A stretch of DNA of 64,000 nt from IMG/VR virus record IMGVR_UViG_3300035438_000194, positions 49,847 to 113,846 of that record; one strand, given 5' to 3'. Shown one piece after another: positions 10,038 through 21,800 of the stretch (within the stretch, counting starts at the first letter, position 1; every line of letters starts with the position of its first letter). The DNA comes from a virus. Below the pieces are notes generated by a model, which saw nothing but the letters and a program-made list of their open reading frames with translations, did not search any database and had not been told where the DNA came from. The translations under genes were made by a program, and so were the position numbers.

Positions 10038-13000
10038 ATGGCGGAACAAAATACTCCTGAGAAAGGTGCGCTTGTCACACCTGCTACTTTAAAATTGCAA
10101 AATGCACAAGGTGCTAAGTCACCTGTTAGTGGTGCTCCAGTAACTGGAGATATAAAAAGGGCAGCTGGTACTTCAGCAGGACCGCCTAATAAGCAGCCTG
10201 CTAACATGTCTAATCAGGAGAGGGCATTAGCACGTATGAACGGAGCTATGCTTAATGCATATACTCCAGATACAAATAAGTATAATAAGATTACTACCTA
10301 TAATGCAACGCATCATGGTAGAAACTTTGAAAGATACTATGCTCACCCTAAGTTTAAAGAGTTAGGCTTTAGTCCGTTTAGAGATAACGAGGCTCACTAT
10401 AATAAGAACTCTTCTCTATGGGATGATGCACAAAGAGGTATTGTAACCGCTGGTAAGCTATTTGGTGGAGCATTTGTTGGGGCAGCTAAGAACTGGTCTA
10501 ACCCGTTTTCAATGGAGCCTGATACAGAAGCTAGTGATGAAATGGAAAGACTTATGTCTATTGGTTCCTCAAATAGAGGAGGCTTTGGCTCAAGTGTAAT
10601 CAACTTTGGAGTTAACTCAGCTTACGGTTTTGGTGTAATGGGTGAGGTACTTGCTGAAGAAGCAGCGCTTGCATTAGGTACAGCTTTTTCTGGTGGTGCG
10701 TTAGGAGGGATGGCAGGTTTAAGAACCGCTTTAAATGCTAAGAAACTAGCAGGAGCATTTAGTTTAGGTAAAGCTGCAAAGTCTTTTACTAGTGCATTTA
10801 AAAATGTGACTAAGATAAATGAAGCACGTCAACTATGGGGTGCTGCAAAAGGAATTGGTAAAGCAGCTGATTATCTTACACCGTTTAGTCAAACAAGATC
10901 TTTACTTACTCAAGCAGGTAGAGCTGAAGCTAAATGGGATAGTCTCGATAACATGGCTAAAGTATCTAAAGGCTTTGGTTCATTCTACAGAGACTTACGT
11001 GAGATTAATGCTGTTACATATGAATCTAAATTAGAAGGTGGTGGAGTTCAGACTGAGGTTATTAACAACTTGATGTCTGACTTTAGAAAGAAGAACGGTA
11101 GAGACCCTAATGACCAAGAGGCACAGCTTATGTACCAACAAGGTCATAAAGCTGGGTACTTAAATGCTCAGATGAATGCTGTTGGTATTTATATATCTAA
11201 CAAGATTGTATTAGACAAAGCATTAAAGGGTATACCGGGAATGGCTCAAGCTGATAATGTAGCTAGAAGAACCATGAAAGGTACATTACTAAAGGTTCAG
11301 GACTGGGCTAAGAAAGGAGTTAATCCTTGGGAAGTTGCGTCTGGTATTAAGAAGTATGGTAAAGCTGCTTTCTACAAACAAACATTCAATCCAAAGAACT
11401 TAGCTAAAGGTGGTTTAGGTTACCTGTCTGCTAACTTAATGGAAGGTACTCAAGAGGTATACCAAGAAGCAATTGCTAATGGTATTACTAGTTATTATAT
11501 GGACTCATTTAATAATCCATCTCGTGTAGGTGGAGCAGAGTTCCAAGCTAAGATGTTAGGTGGTTTAAAGTCACAGATGAGTGGACAAGGTATGGAAACA
11601 TTCTTATCTGGATTCTTGATGGCTGGACCAATGACTGCAGCTCAGTCAGCATTCTTTAAAGGAATGGACATGACTAGAAGAGCTAAGTTAAAGATGCAAG
11701 ATAAAGCTTTTAAAGCTGATCCTGCTAATGCTGGTAAGGCAAGTCCATTTGAAGAACAACTCAATGCAGAGAAAGACTACGACAACAAAGTTGTAGATGC
11801 GTTGAATGATATGACAATGGATCCTAAGAAGTACTTCTCTGCTATTGAGCAGAACGCAAGAACTCAGGCTGACTTAGAAAGATTAGGAGAACAAGCCGCA
11901 GCTGATGGAGACATGCATGCTGCTAAAAATATTAAGGATGAATCATTGACCAACCACATTATTACAATGTTGGAGTCTGGTCACTTTGAAATATTCCAAG
12001 ACCAACTTAAAGGTCTTAAAGAGTTAGATACTCAAGAGTTACAAGAAGCTTTTGATGAGCCTGGTGATGCTAAGAAAACTGTAGCACAAAGAATTGATGC
12101 TGTACTTAAAAGAACAGAACAAATCAAAGCTACTTATCAAAAGTATCAAGAGAAAACAAATCCATTCTCAATGCGTGAAGACCCATTGAGCTATATGGCA
12201 TTTGAACAAGCTAGAAATATTGCTATTAGAAATGATGTGACCTACCAGCGTACTGGTGAGCGTATGACTGATATCTTAAATCAGTTTAATAGTAATATGC
12301 CTTTCACAAATGCTGATGCTACAGACTTTACTAATTTGTTTGTAGTAGGAGGTATGACTGAAGGCGGTAGTCCTAGAATAGGTTTAGGTAGTGAAATCAA
12401 CTTATTGGATCAACAAATCCAAGGTTTAGATCCAGACATCCCAGAACAAAAAGCTGAGATGGACCGCCTTACTGAGAAGAGAGATAATCTTAAAAGTCTT
12501 AGCGGAACCTTACAAGCTTTTGCGTCTGCTTATAAAACAACACAGTCTGCTGCTCAAACTGAAGAGAAACATGCTACTAACATGGATACCTTCATTGAGA
12601 CTGAGAAAGTATTCAAAGAAGCTTATGCTACTTATGTAAGAGGATTGGCTAAAGCTTCTGGTCAAACTGTTCTTGATTCAGCAATAGATGAAGGTTTCCA
12701 ACAACTAGCTGACTTCTGGAAACTTAATGCAGATAGACAAGATGTAGCTAATGCTGTTAACATGATGCAGAATCCTGACATGTACAGAAACGCTACGGAA
12801 AAGATAAGAGATGCAATGGATAAAGCATTTGCAGCTCGTAAAGAAAGTTTAAAGAAAGCACTAGATGGCTATAAGAAAAAGCATTTAGTTAACGCTTTCT
12901 TTAATGACTTATTTGAAAAGTATAATGCGTTTGTAGAACCAGAGGAAGCTAATGGTTATATAGATAAGAATATAGTACCTGAAACATTCTATGATGCTGA

Positions 13001-16000
13001 TACCCTAGAAGAAATTGAACCGGGGTCAGAAAAGTATAAAGGTATCATGGCACTGATTGATCAGTATGATGAAATTTACTTTGAAGAAACTGGTGAGCGT
13101 CTTATAAGAACAGAGTTACCAGAGAACATGCAAAGACTTGCAGGTTACAACACTGAGACTAAAGAAGCTATTTACCAAGAGTTCACACCTAGAGATCCTA
13201 AAGATAAGAGAAGTATTGCAGCTCTTGCAAAGGAGTTTGGGTTTAACAACATAGACACTGAGTCACCTGTTGAGGCCCTGGAGGTACTTAAAGCAATTGC
13301 TAGAAGCAAACATGGTTATGTACCAAGAGCGCAAAAGAAACTGGCTCAAGCCTTACTAGGATTTATTAAACCAGGTACATTAATCAGATTTAAGAATGGT
13401 CACCGTACAAATAGTACGTTTGATCCTGTTAATGGTATTATTGTAGATGCTAACTTCAGTGCAGAAGGTTTTCAAAATGCTAACATTCCTATTGAGTTCT
13501 CTATCTTAAATGCAGTAATGCAACAAGTAGCTTCTGAGTCATTAGCTGACCCGGACTTCAATAACAGAATAACAGCTCTTAGAGAACAGTTCAATGAGTC
13601 ATTAGAAGCAAACGATAGAAACTACTTTAAGTATGCTTTAGCAAATAACCAACAGTTTGTTGCAGAGGCGATGACCAATGCAGACTTACAAGCTGAGATG
13701 GGTAAGAAGCCATTTGAGGGAGAGATGACTGAACAAACCGCAGAGGCTAAGACCATGTGGGAATCATTCATGGACTCCATCTATGAGGCACTTGAGAAGA
13801 TATTTGGTGTTACAAGAGGTAAGAGCCTTTACCAAGAGGCTATGAATGTTATCACAAACAAGCTTGCTCAACCTGGCGTTGCTGGTCCTTCAGCTGTACC
13901 TAGTGTATTAGCTGAAGATGAGGTCATTGAAGATGATATTGATATTGAGGAAGATGAACCAGAGTTGGATCAAATGCTTCGTGCTAAATTCAACGAGATA
14001 GTAAATGCAATGCCTGCTGCAGACAAAGTAGGTATGAACTTTGAAACTTGGAAGCAAAGTGACTCAGTAGCTATCAGCATGCGTAATAAGTATAATGCTG
14101 ATAAGATTAAGAAAAAAACTGGCACCCCTGGTGGAGCTACAGTAATGACTGAGGCTGAGCAAGTTAGACGTTTAACATCTTTAGGTTATCAGATCTCTGA
14201 GATCAATAACATGAAGAAGGACGGTAAACAGGATGATATTGATAACATTATTAAGAATGATATCAAGAAGAAGATTCAGATACGTAGCGTTGACTCTAAG
14301 GGTAATGTAACTTACATCGAAGCAGACTATGATCAACCTATAACTGCACGACCTAATGTTATAGCAGCAATCAACAAAGCTGTTAAGACACTTGAAGACG
14401 CTAATGTTGGTTTGACAGCTGATGAAGAAAACTATATACAACGCGTACAAGTTGGTGTTGATGAAAAAACAGGAGAACCTATCTACAAGCAAAAAGAAGG
14501 TACACCTCTTTATGAGCGTACTTCACATGTTGTAAAAGATAAGTTTGAAGGTACTAATAAAGAAGCAACTGACCGTGGTAACATTATTGACTTACTACTA
14601 AGAGACTTCCTTAAAGGGGACATCTTAGATATCAGACAGTTTAGAAATGCTTACGCTAAATATCAAAAGAAGCATAGCTCTGCAGTATTTAGTGAAGAGA
14701 TGTTGAATGACTTATTTGATAAATTTAGAAGTGTGCAAATACTTTTAAAGTCAAACGGACTTACAGTAATCTCTAACTTACCGGGTCTTTATGGTAAAAT
14801 TGGTAAGAGATACACAGCAGGTGCAGTTGACCTTATTGCATATGATGCTGCTGGTAGAGTTTATATCATTGACCTTAAGACATCAACACAAGACAGAAGA
14901 GCTCAGTATAAACTAGAGACTGATCTTGAGAATGAATTTGGTGCTAGATACTCTGAAATCAAAGAAGCTATCAAAGGTGGACGTGAAAAGAAGAAGTCTT
15001 TAAGCGAGACCCTCAACAGTACTCGTATATCTGAGGAGGATAAGAAGAGAATCATGAAGGTGGCTGAAGCAAACCCTACTGAAGATGCTATCTACTTTTT
15101 CAAGGACCAGGATGCTAAGCAACAAAATGCCTATAAAGAGTTACTAAGACAATCAACAGGTTTGGTTGCTGATATGTTAACTATCTTCCCATTACTTACT
15201 TCTAAGACCGGTAAGATCTTTACTAAGGTAGAGTTCCAGAAAGAAGGAAAGGATCACTCTATGAGAGTAGAGACTTATGACATCCATGATAAACTTGGAT
15301 TGGTAAATGAGGCTACTTACCCAGAGAACCCTATTGACAGAGCTGCTAAAGAAACTCCTATAACCAAAGAACCTGCTGAGGAACCTATTACTGAAGTACC
15401 TAACTTTTTTACTTTAGGAGATGTTAACTACTCTGAGAATGGAATTGACACTAAGTATTATATTGCCGTTCCTCAAAGTTCAACCCTATCTTGGGATGAA
15501 ATAGTAGAAAAAAATAGCATAACCCGAGAAGAATATATTAAGGCTTATGCTGAAAGTTTAAAAGAAAAAGAAGCTATAAGAAAAAGAGAAGAGAAAGAAA
15601 GAGAGGTTGCTGAAGAAAAAAGAAAAAAAGAAGAAGCTTATTGGGGAAATAATACTAACAACCTAGTAGGTAAAACACTTCAATTTGATGTTGGAGAAAA
15701 TGAGAAAGGAGAGCCCTTTAGAAAAAGTGTTAAGATAGAAAAAGTTCACTTACTAGAGAATGGTAATTACAGAATCATTGCATCAAGCAGGGGTGGAAGA
15801 TTATATGATGTAACTACTGATGAAAATGGAAATATACTTTCTTATACGAGAGATGGTAAAACATTTAGTGGTAACATCACAGATGAAATATTTTTTCCAT
15901 CTGACTCTTTTGTAAAACCGCTAGAAAGTACTGTAGAAGAACAACCTACTCAAGAGAATGAGGGGCCTGTGTTTGAAGTTTTTGGTAATGATGTGGTTTA

Positions 16001-18797
16001 TACTGTAGATGGTTCTATAGCACAGGAGTATGATTCACCTGAAGCTGCTAGAGAAGGTCTTAAGGAATGGTTAGCCGTACAACAGAAAAATATTGATAAA
16101 GCTTTAATTGAGGCAGACAGAAGAAAAGCTCTAAGAGAAAACAAAGATGTACTTAACAATCAGTATGTTATTGGAAGCCCTGAAACAGTTGAGGAAAGAA
16201 TCAACAAGATATATGATCAAAAGTTAAGAGATGCTGGTATAACTCCTCCTACTCGAACTAAAGGTAGAGTTAAAGTTAAAGCATTTAGAACCACAGGTAC
16301 CTTCTCATCTAAAGTACAGTATGCTCAACGTGGTGCTGGAGAGTACTATGCATTGGACAAACCTTTCCAAGACTCTGCAGTACCTGGTGAAGTAACTGAA
16401 GTAGAAGTTGAGTATGATACCAACAAAACTTTAGATGCAACAACTGTAGCTGGTCAACAAGAGTTTATGGCTATTAAGATGAGTGCTATCAACGGTAAGA
16501 AGTTTAGCTCTCAAGATGAAATGAATGAGGCTGTGAGAACAGCAATGTTGGAAGCAGGCTATGAGTCACTTATAGGAAGAATCGATGAGGATGTTCCTTC
16601 TGCAGGTAGAGAACTTGTTCTTTACACTAGAATGCCTAATCAAGGTAGTGAGACCAGAGATAAGCAGGAGATGGAGGAAGAGTTTGAAGAACCGATTCCT
16701 GAAGAGAGAGAACCTGTTAGAGAGAAGACTAATCATGAGATAAACTTTGAGACCAGTCCTTTCCAATACAGACCTACTGCAACTACCCTTGGTTACTGGA
16801 ATAACATTGAAGGTAGAATTGTATACTTCAGTAAGAAAACCGGAGAAGAAATTCTTAATCCAAATAGAATTAGGAAAGCTGCGCAAAAAACATTTGATCC
16901 TAACAACAAGAAGACACACGCTAACTTTAAGTTCTGGTGGAATAATCTTCTTAATGATAGACAACGTTATGCTCTCAGAGAAGGTTTGAGGAGTGAGCTT
17001 TGGACAGCTGCAGGTAATGGTGATGACATGTATAGTGATGAGTATCGCATAATGTCAAGACTAAGATACATGAAGTTTAAACCCACTAAATTTAATAAAG
17101 CTGAGTTTACAGATGTTAGTCAAAAAGTATGGTTCTCTGATAAAGGAGCAGCCTTAGATTTGTTTGTGCTGGAAGATCTTATAGGTAATGTTAATAACGG
17201 TTTTCCTGAAGATACTGATCAGCAGTACTTACAAGATATGGTCATTGATCTAATCAAGCAGTATCCTAACGGTATAACTAATTATGACCTAAAGCAAATC
17301 CTAAGAAGAGATAGCTTCCAAGTTCAATTTGAAGAACTTATGGATGGCTTTACAACAAGCTATGGTGTTGACTTAAACAGTCTAGCTGCTTTGATGGATA
17401 TGTATGTAGATACACTAAAACCAGTTAAATCAATACAAGAAATAAATGAACAAGAAGACCGTGAAAGTCAAGGACCATCCACAGATCAAGAGGGCGATGG
17501 CGAGCAGAGAACTCCTACTGAAGTTGCTCCGAGGTTCCAAGGAAAAGTAATTGTTACAAACTTTAGTAGCGATACTCCCCTTGTAAAAGACATTCCGGGT
17601 GTTACTTATGGTACAGATCTTTATGCAGAAGCGTTACCTAAGTTCTTCACTCCAGAAGTACTTGCTATAATGGCTAATGCTAGCATATCAGGTGAGAATC
17701 AATTAGTAAACTCAATATGGGAAGCTGCTAAATTCTTATCAGAAGGTAAAGAACTCACAGCTGAAGATGTTAAAAAAATAAACTCTATACTGGGTCTTTC
17801 TGTATATGTGAAGAATAAGTTTCTTTCAGATCCTAAATTCCCATATAGTGATCGTCCTAAAAACGCACAATTAACACTTGACACCTTAACTAGACTTAAG
17901 GAAGCTGTTGATAATCAAGTAGTTAAAGATGCTAGAGTTATTGCTGAAAATGGTGGTACTGTTGTATTTGATAACAACTCATTGATTACACACCCTGGTG
18001 TAGATGAAGTGTTAATCAGCAAAAGTTCTGATGACTACCAGAAAAAGGCACCAACCTCTGAATCAAGAAGAAACTTTGACGCCCTTATTAGCAATGTTAG
18101 TTACACAGACATCTCAGGTAAAGACCTTGTAGATTATCTTAAGGGTACTGAAACACTGCGGTATACGCTAGATCCTAAACTTAAGAATATAAGAGAGGCT
18201 CTTTCTAAAGCAGAAGACCGTTTGGCAGTAGCAAAAATCATAACGGATACAGGGATTTTAAACGACATAGGTGTGTTGGATCAAATACTTAAAGAACAGA
18301 ACTTAACTAGAGATGAACTTCGTGAACTGAGTTCTAATGCTAAGGCTAGATTCAAGGGTACTCTTGCTTTTGCTGATATTGCGCAACGTATTAAACCAGG
18401 GTTACCAATTGAAGAACGTATTATCCAATACACTGATAAAGATGGTAATGTTAAGACTGGTGTAATTATGGAAGTTATAGGCTTTGTTGATAACGTAGAA
18501 GTTGCTCCATATACTGGTAAAGAAAGTATGTCAGATTTGCAAGATCAGTCAAAGTGGGTTACCTTTACAGTAGGTGAAATACCTTATAAACTATTTGATG
18601 TTAAAACAACACCGCCAGTGACTGCAACTCCAGATATAACTCAACAATCAGATGATTTACTTAAGGCTGAGCAAGCTAATAAAGCTGCTGCAGTAGAAGC
18701 ATTTAAGAATAAAATCAATGATGATGACTTTAAAAATGAATCTGTTGATGATGCTGAGGATGATTTGTTTGACGGACTTCAAGAATGCCCCTTTTAA
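10038..18797 (+). CDS. Giant polyvalent virion protein: Gly/Ala hydrophobic N-region, degenerate zincin, PD-(D/E)XK nuclease, ART-like domain
   Basis: 2919 aa. AGAVDLIAY...IIDLKTS...QQNAY is a PD-(D/E)XK pattern. FRTTG...GAGEYY...GYESLI...ELVLY is ART-like. SILNAVMQ...QFVAEAMTN is a zincin-like scaffold lacking HExxH. Confidence 0.7.
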   Translation: MAEQNTPEKGALVTPATLKLQNAQGAKSPVSGAPVTGDIKRAAGTSAGPPNKQPANMSNQERALARMNGAMLNAYTPDTNKYNKITTYNATHHGRNFERYYAHPKFKELGFSPFRDNEAHYNKNSSLWDDAQRGIVTAGKLFGGAFVGAAKNWSNPFSMEPDTEASDEMERLMSIGSSNRGGFGSSVINFGVNSAYGFGVMGEVLAEEAALALGTAFSGGALGGMAGLRTALNAKKLAGAFSLGKAAKSFTSAFKNVTKINEARQLWGAAKGIGKAADYLTPFSQTRSLLTQAGRAEAKWDSLDNMAKVSKGFGSFYRDLREINAVTYESKLEGGGVQTEVINNLMSDFRKKNGRDPNDQEAQLMYQQGHKAGYLNAQMNAVGIYISNKIVLDKALKGIPGMAQADNVARRTMKGTLLKVQDWAKKGVNPWEVASGIKKYGKAAFYKQTFNPKNLAKGGLGYLSANLMEGTQEVYQEAIANGITSYYMDSFNNPSRVGGAEFQAKMLGGLKSQMSGQGMETFLSGFLMAGPMTAAQSAFFKGMDMTRRAKLKMQDKAFKADPANAGKASPFEEQLNAEKDYDNKVVDALNDMTMDPKKYFSAIEQNARTQADLERLGEQAAADGDMHAAKNIKDESLTNHIITMLESGHFEIFQDQLKGLKELDTQELQEAFDEPGDAKKTVAQRIDAVLKRTEQIKATYQKYQEKTNPFSMREDPLSYMAFEQARNIAIRNDVTYQRTGERMTDILNQFNSNMPFTNADATDFTNLFVVGGMTEGGSPRIGLGSEINLLDQQIQGLDPDIPEQKAEMDRLTEKRDNLKSLSGTLQAFASAYKTTQSAAQTEEKHATNMDTFIETEKVFKEAYATYVRGLAKASGQTVLDSAIDEGFQQLADFWKLNADRQDVANAVNMMQNPDMYRNATEKIRDAMDKAFAARKESLKKALDGYKKKHLVNAFFNDLFEKYNAFVEPEEANGYIDKNIVPETFYDADTLEEIEPGSEKYKGIMALIDQYDEIYFEETGERLIRTELPENMQRLAGYNTETKEAIYQEFTPRDPKDKRSIAALAKEFGFNNIDTESPVEALEVLKAIARSKHGYVPRAQKKLAQALLGFIKPGTLIRFKNGHRTNSTFDPVNGIIVDANFSAEGFQNANIPIEFSILNAVMQQVASESLADPDFNNRITALREQFNESLEANDRNYFKYALANNQQFVAEAMTNADLQAEMGKKPFEGEMTEQTAEAKTMWESFMDSIYEALEKIFGVTRGKSLYQEAMNVITNKLAQPGVAGPSAVPSVLAEDEVIEDDIDIEEDEPELDQMLRAKFNEIVNAMPAADKVGMNFETWKQSDSVAISMRNKYNADKIKKKTGTPGGATVMTEAEQVRRLTSLGYQISEINNMKKDGKQDDIDNIIKNDIKKKIQIRSVDSKGNVTYIEADYDQPITARPNVIAAINKAVKTLEDANVGLTADEENYIQRVQVGVDEKTGEPIYKQKEGTPLYERTSHVVKDKFEGTNKEATDRGNIIDLLLRDFLKGDILDIRQFRNAYAKYQKKHSSAVFSEEMLNDLFDKFRSVQILLKSNGLTVISNLPGLYGKIGKRYTAGAVDLIAYDAAGRVYIIDLKTSTQDRRAQYKLETDLENEFGARYSEIKEAIKGGREKKKSLSETLNSTRISEEDKKRIMKVAEANPTEDAIYFFKDQDAKQQNAYKELLRQSTGLVADMLTIFPLLTSKTGKIFTKVEFQKEGKDHSMRVETYDIHDKLGLVNEATYPENPIDRAAKETPITKEPAEEPITEVPNFFTLGDVNYSENGIDTKYYIAVPQSSTLSWDEIVEKNSITREEYIKAYAESLKEKEAIRKREEKEREVAEEKRKKEEAYWGNNTNNLVGKTLQFDVGENEKGEPFRKSVKIEKVHLLENGNYRIIASSRGGRLYDVTTDENGNILSYTRDGKTFSGNITDEIFFPSDSFVKPLESTVEEQPTQENEGPVFEVFGNDVVYTVDGSIAQEYDSPEAAREGLKEWLAVQQKNIDKALIEADRRKALRENKDVLNNQYVIGSPETVEERINKIYDQKLRDAGITPPTRTKGRVKVKAFRTTGTFSSKVQYAQRGAGEYYALDKPFQDSAVPGEVTEVEVEYDTNKTLDATTVAGQQEFMAIKMSAINGKKFSSQDEMNEAVRTAMLEAGYESLIGRIDEDVPSAGRELVLYTRMPNQGSETRDKQEMEEEFEEPIPEEREPVREKTNHEINFETSPFQYRPTATTLGYWNNIEGRIVYFSKKTGEEILNPNRIRKAAQKTFDPNNKKTHANFKFWWNNLLNDRQRYALREGLRSELWTAAGNGDDMYSDEYRIMSRLRYMKFKPTKFNKAEFTDVSQKVWFSDKGAALDLFVLEDLIGNVNNGFPEDTDQQYLQDMVIDLIKQYPNGITNYDLKQILRRDSFQVQFEELMDGFTTSYGVDLNSLAALMDMYVDTLKPVKSIQEINEQEDRESQGPSTDQEGDGEQRTPTEVAPRFQGKVIVTNFSSDTPLVKDIPGVTYGTDLYAEALPKFFTPEVLAIMANASISGENQLVNSIWEAAKFLSEGKELTAEDVKKINSILGLSVYVKNKFLSDPKFPYSDRPKNAQLTLDTLTRLKEAVDNQVVKDARVIAENGGTVVFDNNSLITHPGVDEVLISKSSDDYQKKAPTSESRRNFDALISNVSYTDISGKDLVDYLKGTETLRYTLDPKLKNIREALSKAEDRLAVAKIITDTGILNDIGVLDQILKEQNLTRDELRELSSNAKARFKGTLAFADIAQRIKPGLPIEERIIQYTDKDGNVKTGVIMEVIGFVDNVEVAPYTGKESMSDLQDQSKWVTFTVGEIPYKLFDVKTTPPVTATPDITQQSDDLLKAEQANKAAAVEAFKNKINDDDFKNESVDDAEDDLFDGLQECPF

Positions 18798-18817
18798 TAA
18801 TTTTAAAAAATTGAGTA

Positions 18818-21800
18818 ATGATTTGTAAACCTGACGGAACATACGAGATAGAACAATCTGATATTGATAAAGTTAATAAATGGGTATATAAGCTTCTTAG
18901 CACTAGAGCTACTAGCGGTACCCGTACTTTTGACCTTAATGCTTTTGTTAAGTATGTATATACCAGAAGTTTAGAAAAAACAAATGATGCTCAAAAGGCA
19001 TTAACAATTGCTAGACAGGTTCCAATTGCTATTGATCTTGTTATCAGCGCTGATCCTGATCTTAGAAAAGGATTAGCTGCTTTACAAGGTTACTCAAGAG
19101 ATGCAGTTGATGCTATGGGAGATTCTTTCTTAGAGTCTATGACTGCTGTATCTGATTTGGTTAATACAGACCCTACTAAGAAGGATCTTGCTAATACCTT
19201 AGCAGCAACTGCAAATGTAGAATTGTTACAACCTGTAACTCCTACAATACAAGCAGGTGCATTAGAGACTGGTAGAGAACTTGTAAGTGATTTGCCTTAT
19301 ACACCTCTCAGTACAACTGGTAATGAAGATATACCAGGTAGAGAATGGTACTATGGTTTTATAAAGAATATTAGCAATCAAGATCTTGGATTAAGTAATA
19401 CTGGTACTGCATCATACTTTGGTGTTAAAGATGGTATCCGCATTGCTATGGTGCTTGGTAGTCAGATTCCTGTAGATCAGTTATACTTGGATGTACAGAA
19501 TCAAACTGACATTGAAGACATAAAAAAGAATCAGTTGTTTACTGTAGTTACAGATAATGCTGGAAACTTTGTATACTTTAATGAGAACTATGAGGTAACT
19601 GATGCTGAGAATGGTAAACTAGTATACTTCCCTACAAGAACTATCCCTTCTATGAAGGTAGTAGATGGACGCAAGGTGTTTAATCTAGGTGAGCAATCTG
19701 ACCGTACTGTACAAAGTATTAAGGATAAAGTGCGTAAAATAATGGCTGACGCTCCTTTGCTTAAAGAGAAAGATGCAAGAGAGCAAGTAGAAGTAGAGTT
19801 CCAAGGAGCCTACAGTCTACTTAGTGATATAGCAGATCATTTACAAAATAATCCTTCAGATAAGGTATTACTAAACTTGACTGGTATCAATAAGGGTACA
19901 TTGCGCTATGACCAAGATACGGTTACTCCGCTATCCTCTATCAAGAACTTAGGCGCACTGAATCTTAGGATTAGAACAACTGGCGTTAGTTCTGAAGGAA
20001 CCAAACAAGAATTTGAAACAAGAAGATATCTTGCTATTGATGGTGTATCAGACAAGATAGGATTCTCTATGAACAGCTTTAGTACAGCAATGGCCTCTAA
20101 AGTAGCTGACTTATTAGTCAATGATGTTTATACAGAAGATGGCACTCGTTTGTCTACAGATGACAAATACAAGATGATAAGAACCTTTGTACCATTGGGT
20201 ACTACAGGTCTTACTATAGTTACGGCAAATAATGAAATCAAGATTGGTGGTAATACAGTAGACTTATCAGATAAAGCTGCAGCAAAAGCAGCTATAGTAG
20301 AATTCCTTACAAGAACCATTAAAGTAAATGATTCAAAAGGGAACGAGATAGAGATTAAAAACCAACTGCGATTTGACGGAAAGACTTACGAGGCTTCTAA
20401 CGGAGTCATTGATGATTTTACTATTACACCAGCATCAGATGGAACATACACAGTTGCTAGCAATTTAGTTGACTACAAGACTTGGCTTAAGGATAATGCT
20501 TATATCAAAATACAACTTGACTCTAACGGTAACGTTACACAAGTTAATGGTTACTTTGAATTCAATGCAAGTCCTGAGACAAGAAAAACTATAGCAAGTA
20601 GACAAGTTGAGCAGATGGCTGTACCTAAGAAAGGTGGAGATCTTTCTTTGAACGGTTTGACTGCACCAACAGTTGAGGATAAAGAAAACGCATTAGCTAA
20701 AATTAGAGAAAGAGCAAAGGGTAGAAACAACAAACCTTTGTTCTCAATGCGTCATGATTCATTAGCTGCAAACAAGGCTCAGATTAGACGAGGTAAGAAG
20801 TGGTTTGATACTACTGAAATTAAGTTTAAAGATGCAGACGGAAAAGTTGTAACTAAGAAACTATCAGAGATTGTACCTTATGAGGTTATGTTTAACGTGA
20901 TCAACAGCAATGGTGATATACGTGCTACATGGACCCGTAATGGTATTACCCTTTTCAATGGATCAGACTATACAGACCTTTACCATGAAGCATGGCATGG
21001 CTTTACTCAGTTGTTCTTAACTGCTGATCAGAAGACTGCTTTGTATAATGAGGTAAAGAGTCTTAAAGAAGACATTAAGTACTATGATCATAAGGCTGGA
21101 GAATGGAAGACCATGAACTCCAAAGACTTAGATTTTAGCGACAGAAATCATATTATATATGCTGAAGAATATCTAGCAGACAAGTTTAGAAAATATTCAA
21201 TGGACAGATCTGCACCAAGTGCTAAAGTTAAGTCCATCTTCAGAAAGATATGGGATGCTATTAAAGCATTGTTTAGCAGAAGCACTAAAGAATCTGCGGC
21301 TAACCCATATAACAACACATTAATAAATCAAGCATTTGACCAGTTATATACTGGTAACTTAGTTGACTATACATTTGATCAAGCTAACATTCAGTTTGGT
21401 CAGTTAAACTATGGTATAACAGCCATTGATAAAGATTTAAACGGTATAGAAGGTCTTAGTGTTGAAGACTCTCTTGCTATATCAGAAGGTATAAACCACT
21501 ACATAGCTGAGTATATTGATATGGCGGTAGCTGGTCTAGTATACGGTGATGCTAATCCTGCATATAGTTCTTTGATCCTAACGGACGCTGAGTACAAAAA
21601 GGAAGCATTATTTTACGCTAAGGATATGTTACAGGTTCAGCTTGATAAACTTTTAGCTGAGTATGGTACAAAGGTTTCCTACGAGAAGCAAATAGCTGAG
21701 AGACAAATCAAAACATTAACATTTGCTATTGATCAGTTTGGTGATCTAGATGATTTACGTAATAATAAGAAAGGTACATTAGCATTCTTTAATAAGAAGA

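Noticed and set aside
17530-18150. Possible degenerate P-loop kinase domain in the 2919-aa protein (GKVIVT...)
   Set aside because: No GxxxxGK motif is present; the resemblance is too weak to call.
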